NCBI GenBank assembly: GCA_024281095.1 | Contig: JAMXLJ010000157.1 | Span: 20,183-84,182, forward strand | From: Acidimicrobiia bacterium | GTDB lineage: Bacteria; Actinomycetota; Acidimicrobiia; IMCC26256; JAMXLJ01 | Reading direction: 5' to 3' | DNA: 64,000 bases | In this document: positions 45,872 to 55,158 of the stretch, in pieces | Position numbering within the stretch: position 1 is the stretch's first letter | Layout of the letters: every line of letters begins with the position of its first letter | The notes under the pieces: generated by a model | Databases searched by the model: none | Told to the model about the DNA's origin: nothing | Seen by the model: the letters and a program-made list of their open reading frames with translations, nothing else | Program-made: the position numbers and the translations under genes

Positions 45872-46330
45872 TCACTTCTTCGCGGCGGCCGCCTTCTTCG
45901 CCGCCAGCCAGCCCTTGATCATCTCGCCGAAGTCGTTCGGGTTGTACATGTCTTCCTCGTAGTCGAACAGGCCGTTGCCCGCGTAGTGCAGCTTCGTCCA
46001 GTTCGCCTCTTCGTGCACGCTGCCGTCACCGGGGTCGTCCATCCGGTTCAACACCGAGCAGATCACCCAGCCGCGGTTCTCGTCGATGACGTACCACTCG
46101 ACGGGAAACGAGCGCATGTCCTCGTTGATCGGCTCGTGCATGGTCTTCATGATCCAGTCGAGGATCTGCGTGCGGCCTTCGAAGTGCCCGTAGTGGTGCT
46201 CGTAATAGCGCGCGTTCTCGGTGAAACACTCCGACCACTCGCGCCAGTCGCCGCTCTTCGCGGACCGGTCCGCCGCGTCCTGGAAGTGCTGGAACGCCTG
46301 CTCGATCTCGTCGCGTGCGAACTTCCCCAC
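45872..46330 (-). CDS. NTF2/SnoaL-like family protein
   Basis: GTG46330 follows AGGAGG. About 152 aa with a Lys/Ala-rich tail. Confidence 0.6.
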   Translation of the reverse strand: MGKFARDEIEQAFQHFQDAADRSAKSGDWREWSECFTENARYYEHHYGHFEGRTQILDWIMKTMHEPINEDMRSFPVEWYVIDENRGWVICSVLNRMDDPGDGSVHEEANWTKLHYAGNGLFDYEEDMYNPNDFGEMIKGWLAAKKAAAAKK

Positions 46331-46443
46331 CGTGCCTCCTCGCGTCGTGTGCGGGAGTTCTAGCTTTGGGAGCCGTGTCGGGCAACGGGACAGCGCTGCG
46401 GTGGCGGGGCCCGACTCCCTTCCGGGCGCCATTCGGCACGCGA

Positions 46444-46472
46444 GAAGGGCGCCGGGAGTCCCGGCGCCCTTC
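46444..46472. terminator. perfect 13-bp hairpin downstream of the glycoside hydrolase gene
   Basis: GAAGGGCGCCGGG-AGT-CCCGGCGCCCTTC, 27 nt past the minus-strand stop at 46499. Confidence 0.6.
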
Positions 46473-46498
46473 CTGGTTCCGCTCGTTTCAGTCCGCGA

Positions 46499-47602
46499 CT
46501 ACTGGAGAAGCCACGCGAGCCGGCTGTAGGCGGGCTTGGTGCTGAAGTTGCCACGGAGCAGGCCCATGTACGCCGCCCAGTCGTTGGAGAAGCTCGGCGA
46601 GTAGTCGCGCACGGTGTCGACGAGCAGCGGCCCCGTCCACGGCTTGCCGACCCACCAGCGAAGCCCCTGGTCGAGGTAGTTCGCCTGATCGTTCTCGTTG
46701 ACCACCTTCGGGTCGCTGCTCCCGGTGGGGGCGCCGTATTCGGTGCCCCAGATCTGCTTCCACCCGTCACCGTGCTGCGACATGACGTCGTGCTCCCACT
46801 GGGACTGGAGGAGCGGGTTCCATGTGATGGACCCGGACGTCGGAGAGTTGGGCAGCGGCGGGTACGGGTGCACGCCGAACGCGTCGAAGCTTCCCTGCGC
46901 GCCGGCGGCGTACATCGCGCTGAGGAAGTTGACCGGGTTGCGCGGGTCGTGGGGATCGGCCGCCAGATCACCGTGCGGCGCGAGGCCACCAGAGATGACG
47001 GTGACATGCGAGTCGACCGAATGCGCCGCGCCGTATGCGGCCCTCAGCAGCCCCACATAGTCGCCTGCGTTCGGACCGGCGGCCCACCAGGGGTCCCAGT
47101 TCGGCTCGTTCCAGATCTCGTAGTGGTGAACACCGACCGGCGCGTAACGCGCGACGGTCGCGCTCACGAAGTTGGCGAACCAGCCGTTGTTGGCCGGCGG
47201 GCAATACATCGTGTTCGCACAGGCCCCGCGCCGTGCCCACGGCGGTGAGTACGTGGGCGCCAACACGACGCTCATCCCACGCGCGCGCGCGTTGTTCACG
47301 ACACGATCGGTCCATCGCCAGTCCCATTGGCCTGGCGAGTTCTCGATGGAATTCCAGTCGGCATCGAGGCGAACCCACTTCGCGCCGGAGAACGCCATCA
47401 TGTCGAAGTCACGCTTCAGGTCGGCGTCGCTCTCCCACAGCACGTGTGCACTCGAGAAACCGGCTCGGTACCCGGATATCCCACCTCCGGAGGATGAACG
47501 TGATCCAACGCCTCGCGCACAACCGAGCAACGCGAAGACGAGGACGAGACAGGACGACAAAAGGACAGCACGCGGCTTTCGCCGCACGATTGCATTGACC
47601 AC
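46499..47602 (-). CDS. secreted lipoprotein, TIM-barrel glycoside hydrolase (GH5/GH39-like)
   Basis: Lipobox LLGC after a hydrophobic N-terminus. HHYEIWNEPNW carries the acid/base Glu motif. Confidence 0.7.
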   Translation of the reverse strand: MVNAIVRRKPRAVLLSSCLVLVFALLGCARGVGSRSSSGGGISGYRAGFSSAHVLWESDADLKRDFDMMAFSGAKWVRLDADWNSIENSPGQWDWRWTDRVVNNARARGMSVVLAPTYSPPWARRGACANTMYCPPANNGWFANFVSATVARYAPVGVHHYEIWNEPNWDPWWAAGPNAGDYVGLLRAAYGAAHSVDSHVTVISGGLAPHGDLAADPHDPRNPVNFLSAMYAAGAQGSFDAFGVHPYPPLPNSPTSGSITWNPLLQSQWEHDVMSQHGDGWKQIWGTEYGAPTGSSDPKVVNENDQANYLDQGLRWWVGKPWTGPLLVDTVRDYSPSFSNDWAAYMGLLRGNFSTKPAYSRLAWLLQ

Positions 47603-48241
47603 GATTCGGCACCTGGGGGTTCGAGGGCTTCGGCAGGAGCACGTCGTCTGGGTTGACGGACCCCTACGCTCGGACCGCGCTCGTCGTTGAGCGCCCCCCG
47701 CCCTTCCACGATGGCGTCACGCGGCACGCGACACACGGTGCGGAAGCTCGGAGGATTCCACCGGTGGTACTCCGCCGCACCACTCGGTGGATGGGTAACG
47801 CTAACCGACGGTTTTCTACCCGTTGCCAACTAGAGAGCCAGGTTTTTCGGCCCTTTTTGCATGCGCGCGTCGCGCGCGACGAACGGGCACCGAAACCCCG
47901 CTCCGTCAGATTGGGCAAACAGTGAGATATGGGTGCATCGTTCGCGCGCTCTGTCGGCGATCGTGCATTTGTTCGCCGTGACAGCCGGATTCTGTCGACT
48001 CGCCGTGATAGTGCGCCCGTGACCGGGTACGACTGGCGTGACCGGTGTCTTTCTCCCGGAAGCCACCCATCGTGGAGTACCACTCGAAGTACGCGCGCTA
48101 CGCGCGACGGCGCGAAAATCGCTTCACCGGGTGGGCCGCTCGCCCCATGATCGGGTCACGGCGCACGTCGATCGACAAGATTCGCCTCTTCGGAAAGAGT
48201 GTGCGTTGCCGGCATGAGCGGCGCGCGCAGCGGGGGTTGAC

Positions 48242-48703
48242 ATGAGCGTTCGACGGGTGGTCACCGGCGTCGATGACGAGGGCAAGTCGTACATCGCGGC
48301 GGACGAGGCGGCGCCGTTCCGGGGCGGCTTCTTCGAGTTGTGGTCGACCGACGGTCCTGTTCCCGAGCCACTGCCGGCCGGCCCGCTCGTCACCGGGCTC
48401 GAGCCATCTCCCGGTGGAACGTGGTGGCGCGTCTTCTCGATGCCTCCCGAATCGGTGATCCGCGAGCGCGTCGCGGCGGGCGATCTCCCGGGGATGGACC
48501 CGGACGGCTTCCACACGACGGCGTCCGTCGACTATGTGCTCGTGCTCGACGGGGACGTCACGCTCCAGTTGGACCGCGGCTCGGTGGACCTCCACACCGG
48601 CGACTGTGTGGTGCAACGGGCCACGCGACACGCATGGCACAACGTCACCGAACGCCCGGCGACGATGATGGTCGTCATGGTCAGCTCACTGCCCTTGGCC
48701 TAG
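48242..48703 (+). CDS. cupin domain protein
   Basis: 153 aa with ...VDYVLVLDGDVTLQLDRGSVDLHTGDCVVQRATRHAWHN.... Confidence 0.65.
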   Translation: MSVRRVVTGVDDEGKSYIAADEAAPFRGGFFELWSTDGPVPEPLPAGPLVTGLEPSPGGTWWRVFSMPPESVIRERVAAGDLPGMDPDGFHTTASVDYVLVLDGDVTLQLDRGSVDLHTGDCVVQRATRHAWHNVTERPATMMVVMVSSLPLA

Positions 48704-48750
48704 CGGGACGCCACGTTTCGGCGCAATGCCACCCGGGCAGCGTGACTTCG

Positions 48751-49236
48751 ATGCGCACGCTTGCCGCGCTCGCGTTCGGTGCCCTGGCGCTCGCCGCCTG
48801 CGGATCGTTCAGCGAAAAGCCGGGCCGTCCGCCTGTGGCGCTTCCGGGCCGCGTGAACAACGAGGGCATTCGCGACGCGACGGGGACGACACGCCTCGGG
48901 CTCGAGCTGCGGTCATACGCGTTCAAGCCCACGTTCCTGCGGGCCCAGCCCGGACAGCAACTCACGCTCGATCTCGACAACACGAGCGACGTGGCGCACA
49001 CGTTCAGCGTCGCTAATCAGCCGAACGGCGTCGATGTGGTCGTCGCGCCGCACCACAAGCGGAAGGTGGTGGTCAGCGCGCCGCTCGACGGCTCGCTCGT
49101 GTTCGTGTGCCGGTTTCACGAATCGTCCGGGATGCAAGGCGCGATCTACGTGTTGCCGGGACGGCCCGTCATCGGCGCACCCGGCGGGGTCACGAGCACG
49201 ACACGCACGCCCTTCCCGAGCGGTTGGGGCTCGTAG
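48751..49236 (+). CDS. cupredoxin (plastocyanin/azurin-like) lipoprotein with intact type-1 Cu ligands
   Basis: Lipobox LAAC. Ligand His in DVAHTFSV, then CRFHESSGM (Cys-x2-His-x4-Met). Confidence 0.7.
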   Translation: MRTLAALAFGALALAACGSFSEKPGRPPVALPGRVNNEGIRDATGTTRLGLELRSYAFKPTFLRAQPGQQLTLDLDNTSDVAHTFSVANQPNGVDVVVAPHHKRKVVVSAPLDGSLVFVCRFHESSGMQGAIYVLPGRPVIGAPGGVTSTTRTPFPSGWGS

Positions 49237-49251
49237 CGGCGGCGATACTGG

Positions 49252-49279
49252 GCCCCCGGACGCTCGCTGCTCCGGGCGC
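49252..49279. terminator. hairpin between convergent cupredoxin and dodecin genes
   Basis: CCCGGA (49255-60) pairs with TCCGGG (49271-76) around a 10-nt loop, with two further outer pairs. Confidence 0.35.
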
Positions 49280-49281
49280 AC

Positions 49282-49494
49282 TCATGCTTCGTCCATGCGG
49301 AAGCCGAGCTTCAGCGTCACCTGGAAATGACCGATCACACCGTTTTCGAGGTGTCCTCGGATCTCCGTGACCTCGAACCAGTCGAGGTTGCGCAAGGTCT
49401 GGGCGGCGCGCTCGACCGCGCCGCGGATTGCGTCATCGACGCCGACCGTCGACGAGCCCACGATCTCCGTCACCTTGTACACGCGCTCGCTCAC
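49282..49494 (-). CDS. dodecin family flavin-binding protein
   Basis: 70 aa: MSERVYKVTEIVGSSTVGVDDAIRGAVERAAQTLRNLDWFEVTEIRGHL.... Confidence 0.85.
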   Translation of the reverse strand: MSERVYKVTEIVGSSTVGVDDAIRGAVERAAQTLRNLDWFEVTEIRGHLENGVIGHFQVTLKLGFRMDEA

Positions 49495-49509
49495 GTCGTC
49501 TCCTCGCTG

Positions 49510-50352
49510 TCAATTGTCACGTGATGGTCTCCAGTCGGGATGCAGCGCGCGCTCCAGCGCGAAACGCTGCGCGCTGATGGTCTGCCCGTTCATGCTCGGC
49601 GCGTCGGCGGCGGTAGCAAGCCACGCGACGACGGACGCAGGGACGGACGGCGGTGCTCCGCGGTAGACGCCTTCGAAGCCGTGCTCGCGCTGGTTGACCT
49701 CCATGCGCTCGGTGAGCACGAAGCCGGGCTCGACGTTGAACACGCGGATTCCGCGCCGCCCGAGCTCGAGCCCCAGGATCGGGGCGATTCGGTGGAAGGC
49801 GCCTTTCGACATGGCGTAGGCGACACCCCACCCTCCTTCGCCTGCCGGCGCCGGTGGGTCGGTGACGGCAACTGCCGAGGTCATGTTGATGATCGTTCCG
49901 TCGCGGCGCTCGAGCATGCCGGGCAGGACCGACTTGATGAGCACGACCTGCGCGAGCACGTTCGCCTCGAGCTTCGTCTCCAACATCGCGACGCTCGTGT
50001 CGACGAAGTGACTCATGCTCCCGGGCCCGGTGTGGACAGCGTTGTTGACGAGCACGTCGATGCGGCCCCACTCGTCGAGCGTTCGCTGTACCGCGGCGCC
50101 GAGCGACGCGCGGTCGAGCAGGTCCATCGGTATCGCCAGCGCACGCTGTCCCGCATCCTCGACCTCTGCCGCGGTCGTGTCGAGGCTTCCGGGCACCATG
50201 CGGGCCCGCTCGTCGGAGTCGTCGACGCCTTCGCCCTCGTGCACCGTTCGCGCGGTGATGGCGACGTCGAAGCCCGCTCGCGCGAGGTGGACAGCACACT
50301 CTTTGCCGATACCCCGGCTCGCACCCGTCACGAACGCAACTGAACGGGACAC
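49510..50352 (-). CDS. SDR family oxidoreductase
   Basis: 280 aa with TGASRGIG and YAMSK. Confidence 0.85.
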   Translation of the reverse strand: MSRSVAFVTGASRGIGKECAVHLARAGFDVAITARTVHEGEGVDDSDERARMVPGSLDTTAAEVEDAGQRALAIPMDLLDRASLGAAVQRTLDEWGRIDVLVNNAVHTGPGSMSHFVDTSVAMLETKLEANVLAQVVLIKSVLPGMLERRDGTIINMTSAVAVTDPPAPAGEGGWGVAYAMSKGAFHRIAPILGLELGRRGIRVFNVEPGFVLTERMEVNQREHGFEGVYRGAPPSVPASVVAWLATAADAPSMNGQTISAQRFALERALHPDWRPSRDN

Positions 50353-50458
50353 TCACCTCTCCTCACGTACGAATTCCTGCAAGCGCTACCGTGCCGCCCG
50401 CAAGGCTGTCGAGAAGCTCCGGATGCGGCATCAGGTGCGAGCCCGGCAGCCTCAGGTC

Positions 50459-50472
50459 GAGAACGTATTCGA
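50459..50472. promoter_or_regulatory. weak KstR-box-like palindrome GAGAACGTATTCGA
   Basis: Two deviations from TnnAACnnGTTnnA. Lies in the divergent gap between two SDR genes, ending 28 nt upstream of ATG50501. Confidence 0.25.
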
Positions 50473-50500
50473 TTTCCTCTGTGGCGTCAGGAGGACGCAC

Positions 50501-51412
50501 ATGCTCGAAGGGATGGCAGGAAAGGTCGCGATCGTCACCGGCGCGGGCCGCGGCTTGGGGCGAGCGGAGGCGCTCGAGCTCGCGGGCCAGGGCGTGCGCG
50601 TCGTCGTCAACGACTTCGGCATGTCGCTGGCAGGCGAGAAGGAAGAGAGCCCGGCGGACGCCGTTGTGGCGGAAATCTCCAGCGCGGGCGGAGAAGCGAT
50701 CGCGCACCGCGGCGACGTCGCGGACTGGAACGACGCCGAGTCGCTGATCGATCTCGCGGTCCAGACCTGGGGTGGGCTGGACATCCTCGTGAACAACGCC
50801 GGTTTCCTACGCGACCGCATGATCTTCAACATGAGCGAGGCCGACTTCGACAGCGTCGTTCGAGTTCACCTCAAAGGACACTTCTGCACGATGCGGCACG
50901 CGTGCGCGTACTGGCGCGACGCGTCCAAGTCGGCGGGCGCCCCCGTCTACGGCCGGATCGTCAGCACGACATCCGAGTCGGCACTGCTGTGCAGCCCCGG
51001 CCAGCCGAACTACTCACCCGCGAAGGCCGGGATCATCGCGTTGACGGTGTCGACCGCTCAGGTGATGGCGCGATACGGAGTGACCGCAAACGCGATCGCC
51101 CCGCGCGCCCGTACCCGGATGACCGAGACGATGGAGAGCTTCGGGCGCTCGGACGGCGACTTCGACGTGTTCGCGCCGGCCAACGTCTCTCCGCTCGTCG
51201 CCTATCTCGCGTCACCGGCCGCGGCGAACGTCTCCGGGCAGGTGATGATCGTGTACGGCAAGCACATCGACGTGCTCGAGGGCCCGGGTGTGGTACGAAG
51301 CTTCGAGTCGCCCGCGCCGTGGACACCCGACGACGTTTCCGGCCACCTGTCGCCGTTCTTCCAGACCCGAACGATGATCCGCGACGGCTTCATCATCCGC
51401 ATGCCCGGATAG
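50501..51412 (+). CDS. long SDR, Hsd4A-like
   Basis: ATG50501 follows AGGAGG. Sequence MLEGMAGKVAIVTGAGRGLGRAEALELAGQGVRVVVNDFG..., 303 aa. Confidence 0.8.
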   Translation: MLEGMAGKVAIVTGAGRGLGRAEALELAGQGVRVVVNDFGMSLAGEKEESPADAVVAEISSAGGEAIAHRGDVADWNDAESLIDLAVQTWGGLDILVNNAGFLRDRMIFNMSEADFDSVVRVHLKGHFCTMRHACAYWRDASKSAGAPVYGRIVSTTSESALLCSPGQPNYSPAKAGIIALTVSTAQVMARYGVTANAIAPRARTRMTETMESFGRSDGDFDVFAPANVSPLVAYLASPAAANVSGQVMIVYGKHIDVLEGPGVVRSFESPAPWTPDDVSGHLSPFFQTRTMIRDGFIIRMPG

Positions 51413-51433
51413 TTGCGCGGTAGTTTCCGCGCT

Positions 51434-52594
51434 ATGGCGGACGAGACCCTGCGCATCGAGCCTTTCACCGTCGACGTGCCCGACGACGTGCTCCGCGATC
51501 TCCAGGAGAGGCTCCGGCGCACGCGGTTCCCGGAGCAGATACCCGACGGGGGGTGGGACTACGGCACCGAGCTCGGATATTTGCGGGAGCTCGTCGACTA
51601 CTGGATCCACTCGTACGACTGGCGCAAGCAGGAGGCCCGGCTCAACAGCTTCGACCAGTTCGTCACCGAGATCGAGGATCAGCGGCTCCACTTCCTCCAC
51701 GTCCGCTCACCGGAGCCCGACGCGCTCCCGTTGATCATCACCCACGGCTGGCCGGGATCCATCGTGGAGTTCCTCGACATCATCGGGCCGCTCACCAACC
51801 CGCGCGACCACGGCGGCGATGCCGCGGACGCATTCCACGTCGTGTGTCCGTCGATCCCCGGATATGCCTTCTCGGGCCCCACACACGAGCGCGGTTGGGA
51901 CCCGCAACGGGTGGCACGCGTGTTCGCCAAGCTCATGGCCGGATTGGGATACGAGCGGTACGGCGCGCAAGGGGGTGACTGGGGTTCGATGATCTCGACC
52001 CAGATCGGCCTGACCGACGCGGCGCACGTCGCCGGCGTGCATCTCAACATGGTGATCGCGCTGCCGCCGGAGGGCGAGGACTTCTCCACGCTGACGGAGA
52101 CCGAGATGGCCGGTCTCGCGGCGGCCGCCGACTACATGGAGAACGAGAGCGGCTACGCCAAGATCCAGGCGACCAAGCCGCAGACCATCGGGTATCTGCT
52201 CGACGATTCGCCGGCCGGCCTCGCGGCATGGATCGTCGAGAAGTTTCGCACCTGGAGCGATTGCGATGGGGACCTGGAGCGCCGGTTCAGCAAGGACACG
52301 ATGCTCACGAACGTGATGCTGTACTGGGTCACTGCCACCGGCCATTCCGCGGGCCGCCTCTACTACGAGGCCACCAAGGCCGGTCGCTTCGGGCCCCAGG
52401 GTGCGCGGGTCGAAGTTCCGACGGGCGCGGCGATCTTCCCGAAGGAGATCGTGCGGCCGCCGCGGCGGTGGGCCGAGCAGGCGTACAACATCACGCGCTG
52501 GACCGAGATGCCGTCGGGCGGGCATTTCGCCGCGCTGGAGGAGCCGGTGTTGCTCGTCGACGACATCCGATCGTTCTTCGCGTCGGTGCGGTAG
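51434..52594 (+). CDS. epoxide hydrolase (microsomal-EH-like alpha/beta hydrolase with EHN domain)
   Basis: ...FTVDVPDDVLRDLQERLRRTRFP...LHFLHVRSPEPDALPLIITHGWPGS....GGDWG. An alternative TTG start lies at 51413. Confidence 0.8.
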   Translation: MADETLRIEPFTVDVPDDVLRDLQERLRRTRFPEQIPDGGWDYGTELGYLRELVDYWIHSYDWRKQEARLNSFDQFVTEIEDQRLHFLHVRSPEPDALPLIITHGWPGSIVEFLDIIGPLTNPRDHGGDAADAFHVVCPSIPGYAFSGPTHERGWDPQRVARVFAKLMAGLGYERYGAQGGDWGSMISTQIGLTDAAHVAGVHLNMVIALPPEGEDFSTLTETEMAGLAAAADYMENESGYAKIQATKPQTIGYLLDDSPAGLAAWIVEKFRTWSDCDGDLERRFSKDTMLTNVMLYWVTATGHSAGRLYYEATKAGRFGPQGARVEVPTGAAIFPKEIVRPPRRWAEQAYNITRWTEMPSGGHFAALEEPVLLVDDIRSFFASVR

Positions 52595-52596
52595 CG

Positions 52597-53442
52597 ATGC
52601 GCGAGTTGCGCGGCAAGGTCGCCGTCGTCACGGGCGCAGGGAGCGGCATCGGGCGCGGGCTCGCGTGCCAATTCGCCGCGGAGGGCATGCGCGTCGTCGT
52701 CGCCGACTTCGAGCATGCCGCACTGAGCGAGACGGCACGGCTGCTCTGCGACTCAGTGGCGGCGACGGACGTGTTGGCGGTGCCGACCGACGTTTCCGAC
52801 GCGGACGCGGTGGAATCGCTCGCGACGTTCACGTACGAGCGGTTCGGCGCCGCTCACGTGCTCTGTAACAACGCGGGTGTGTTCCAGGGCGGCCTGTCGT
52901 GGCAGCGCACCGAAGCCGACTGGAACTGGGTCTTCGGCGTCAACGTGTTCGGGATCATCAACGGGATCCGTTCGTTCGTGCCCCGGATGTTGGAGCAGGG
53001 CGGCGAAGGACACGTCGTCAACACGGCGTCGATCGCGGGGCTCGTGACCGGTGCGTACTCCGGCCCCTACAACACCTCCAAGTTCGCCGCGGTCGCGCTG
53101 TCCGAGTCGCTTGCCCACGATCTGCGGGCCTCCGGCTCGTCGATCGGAGTGTCGGTGCTGTGTCCGAGCGCGGTGAACACGCGCATCGCCGAGTCGACCC
53201 GGAACCGGTCCGGCGCGCTTGCGAGTGAAGCCGAGGCTCCCGACGCGCACTTCGTGGAGCAGGCCCTCGCGGACCTTACGGCTGGCGGGCTCGATCCCGC
53301 CACAGTGGCCGGGATCGTGGTCGACGCGATCCGGTGCGATCAGTTCTACATCCCTACCAATGCCAGCTACGACGACCAGGTGCAAAGTCGCTTCGAAGAC
53401 ATGCTTGCCCGCCGCCTTCCACGCGCCGTCGCGTACGACTGA
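52597..53442 (+). CDS. SDR family oxidoreductase
   Basis: MRELRGKVAVVTGAGSGIGRGLA... with YNTSK. Confidence 0.85.
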   Translation: MRELRGKVAVVTGAGSGIGRGLACQFAAEGMRVVVADFEHAALSETARLLCDSVAATDVLAVPTDVSDADAVESLATFTYERFGAAHVLCNNAGVFQGGLSWQRTEADWNWVFGVNVFGIINGIRSFVPRMLEQGGEGHVVNTASIAGLVTGAYSGPYNTSKFAAVALSESLAHDLRASGSSIGVSVLCPSAVNTRIAESTRNRSGALASEAEAPDAHFVEQALADLTAGGLDPATVAGIVVDAIRCDQFYIPTNASYDDQVQSRFEDMLARRLPRAVAYD

Positions 53443-53894
53443 TGACCGACGCGCCCTCGCTGCTCGACATCGCCGATCAGCTCGCGATCCGTGACCTGCT
53501 CGCGGACTTTGGTGACGCGGTGAACCGCATGGTCGCCACCGACGCCGGCGCTCTCTTCACTCCTGACGGTGAGTGGGTCGTGAGCGGATGGGGTGAGCAT
53601 CGTGGCCGCGACGAGATCGTCACGTTCCTCGCCGGCCTGCTCGACCGTTGGGACGTGTTCCTCCATCTCGTGCACAGCGGACGGGTCCACCTCGACGGCG
53701 ACCGTGCCACGGGCCGGTGGTACATCAGCGAGTTCGGGCGGTTGAAGGACGGCACCGAGGTGAAGTTCGCGGGTGTGTACCGCGACGACTACGTGCGGGG
53801 CGACGGCGGCTGGCGCTTCGCACGGCGCCGGTACGACAGCATGTTCCGGCGCCGGGGCGTCGACCTCGAGGTGACCCCGTTCCCATCGCTTTGA
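53442..53894 (+). CDS. NTF2/SnoaL-like family protein
   Basis: 150 aa with ...IRDLLADFGDAVNRM...GRWYISEFGRLKDG.... Its ATG overlaps the upstream stop. Confidence 0.6.
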   Translation: MTDAPSLLDIADQLAIRDLLADFGDAVNRMVATDAGALFTPDGEWVVSGWGEHRGRDEIVTFLAGLLDRWDVFLHLVHSGRVHLDGDRATGRWYISEFGRLKDGTEVKFAGVYRDDYVRGDGGWRFARRRYDSMFRRRGVDLEVTPFPSL

Positions 53895-53912
53895 CCCACG
53901 GGGACGCTGCGA

Positions 53913-55088
53913 TCAGCGCGGCGCTCGCGGCATCCCCATGCCGACCATTGCGATGATGTCGCGCTGGACCTCGTTGGTCCCGCCTCCGAACGTGAGGATC
54001 AGCGTTCCCGCATAGCTGCGCTCGAGCCGGCCGCGCAGGGCCGCGCCCGGCGTGCCCCGCTTGAGATAGCCGGCGGGCCCGAGCACCTCGAGGAGCAGCC
54101 GGTACGCCTCGAGGTAGAGCTCGGTGCCGAACACCTTGGTCACCGACGCATCGGCGGGGTTGATCGCACCGGTGGTCAGTCCCCAAGCCACCTTCCAGTT
54201 CATCAACTTCAGGAACTCGACCCGTGCCGCGACCCGCGCGAGGCTCAGCTGCACCCATTCCTGATCGATGACGCGCGCGCCGTTCGCGAGCGTCGTATCG
54301 GCCGCGAAGCGGCGCACGTCGTGCAGGTGCCGGTACACCACGCCCGCATTGCAAAGAGCGACCCGCTCGTGATTGAGCTGGGTCGTGATGAGCTTCCAGC
54401 CTTCGTTCTCCTCGCCGACACGTGCCGTCACGGGCACGCGCACGTCGTCGTAGAACGTCGCGTTGGTGCGGCCGCCGCCGACGATGTGAATCGGGCTCAA
54501 CGAGAAACCCTCGGCCGCGGTCGGCACGATGAGGATCGAGATGCCCTTGTGCTTGGGCGCGTCCGGATCGGTTCGCACGGCGAGCCACACGTACTCCGAC
54601 TGGTTTGCGAGGCTTGTGAAGATCTTCTGACCGTTGATCACGTACTCGTCGCCGTCGCGGACGGCTCTCGTCTTCAGCGCAGCGAGGTCGGTGCCCGCCC
54701 CCGGCTCGGAGTAGCCGATCGCGAACTGGATCTCACCTTGCAGGATGGGCGGGAGGAAATGCTGCTTCTGCTCTTCGGTGCCGAAGCGCATGAGCGTCGG
54801 TCCGACCGTGTTGATGGTGAGCAACGGCACCGGGGCTCCCGCCCGTGACGCCTCGTCGAAGAAGACGAGTTGCTCGATGGGCGAACGGTTCTGGCCGCCG
54901 TACTGCTTGGGCCATCCGATCCCGAGCCAGCCGTCGGCGCCCATCTTGCGTGCCAGTTCGCGGCTGAGCGGGCCGCCCATCTCGTGCCGGGCCATCTCTT
55001 CCTCGACCTCGGGCGTCATCATCGCCGCGAAGTACTCGCGCAGCTCGGCGCGCAATGCCTCTTGCTCGGATGTGAGAGCGAGCTCCAT
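53913..55088 (-). CDS. acyl-CoA dehydrogenase, alpha-subunit type (no adjacent beta gene)
   Basis: 391 aa: MELALTSEQEALRAELREYFAAMMTPEV.... Paralog of 10276, 15640 and 30153. Confidence 0.85.
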   Translation of the reverse strand: MELALTSEQEALRAELREYFAAMMTPEVEEEMARHEMGGPLSRELARKMGADGWLGIGWPKQYGGQNRSPIEQLVFFDEASRAGAPVPLLTINTVGPTLMRFGTEEQKQHFLPPILQGEIQFAIGYSEPGAGTDLAALKTRAVRDGDEYVINGQKIFTSLANQSEYVWLAVRTDPDAPKHKGISILIVPTAAEGFSLSPIHIVGGGRTNATFYDDVRVPVTARVGEENEGWKLITTQLNHERVALCNAGVVYRHLHDVRRFAADTTLANGARVIDQEWVQLSLARVAARVEFLKLMNWKVAWGLTTGAINPADASVTKVFGTELYLEAYRLLLEVLGPAGYLKRGTPGAALRGRLERSYAGTLILTFGGGTNEVQRDIIAMVGMGMPRAPR

Positions 55089-55158
55089 GAGCGGTGACAG
55101 TACCGGCGCGCGGGTGCGGCCGTCTCCGACGAGGGGCAGGCGAGAGCAGGGGCGCGGA

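Noticed and set aside
47614-47632. GGGGGTTCGAGGGC, reminiscent of a tRNA T-arm (GTTCGA)
   Set aside because: There is no complementary T-stem, acceptor stem or anticodon arm on either strand.
47603-47830. Possible c-di-AMP (ydaO-type) riboswitch in the glycoside hydrolase leader
   Set aside because: Only fragmentary resemblances were seen (GGUGGAAUCC, CCGAGCGUAGGGGUCCGUCAACCC on the minus strand, GCUAACC on the plus strand). They lie on different strands and not in consensus order. The region is kept only as an unassigned structured region pending an Rfam scan.
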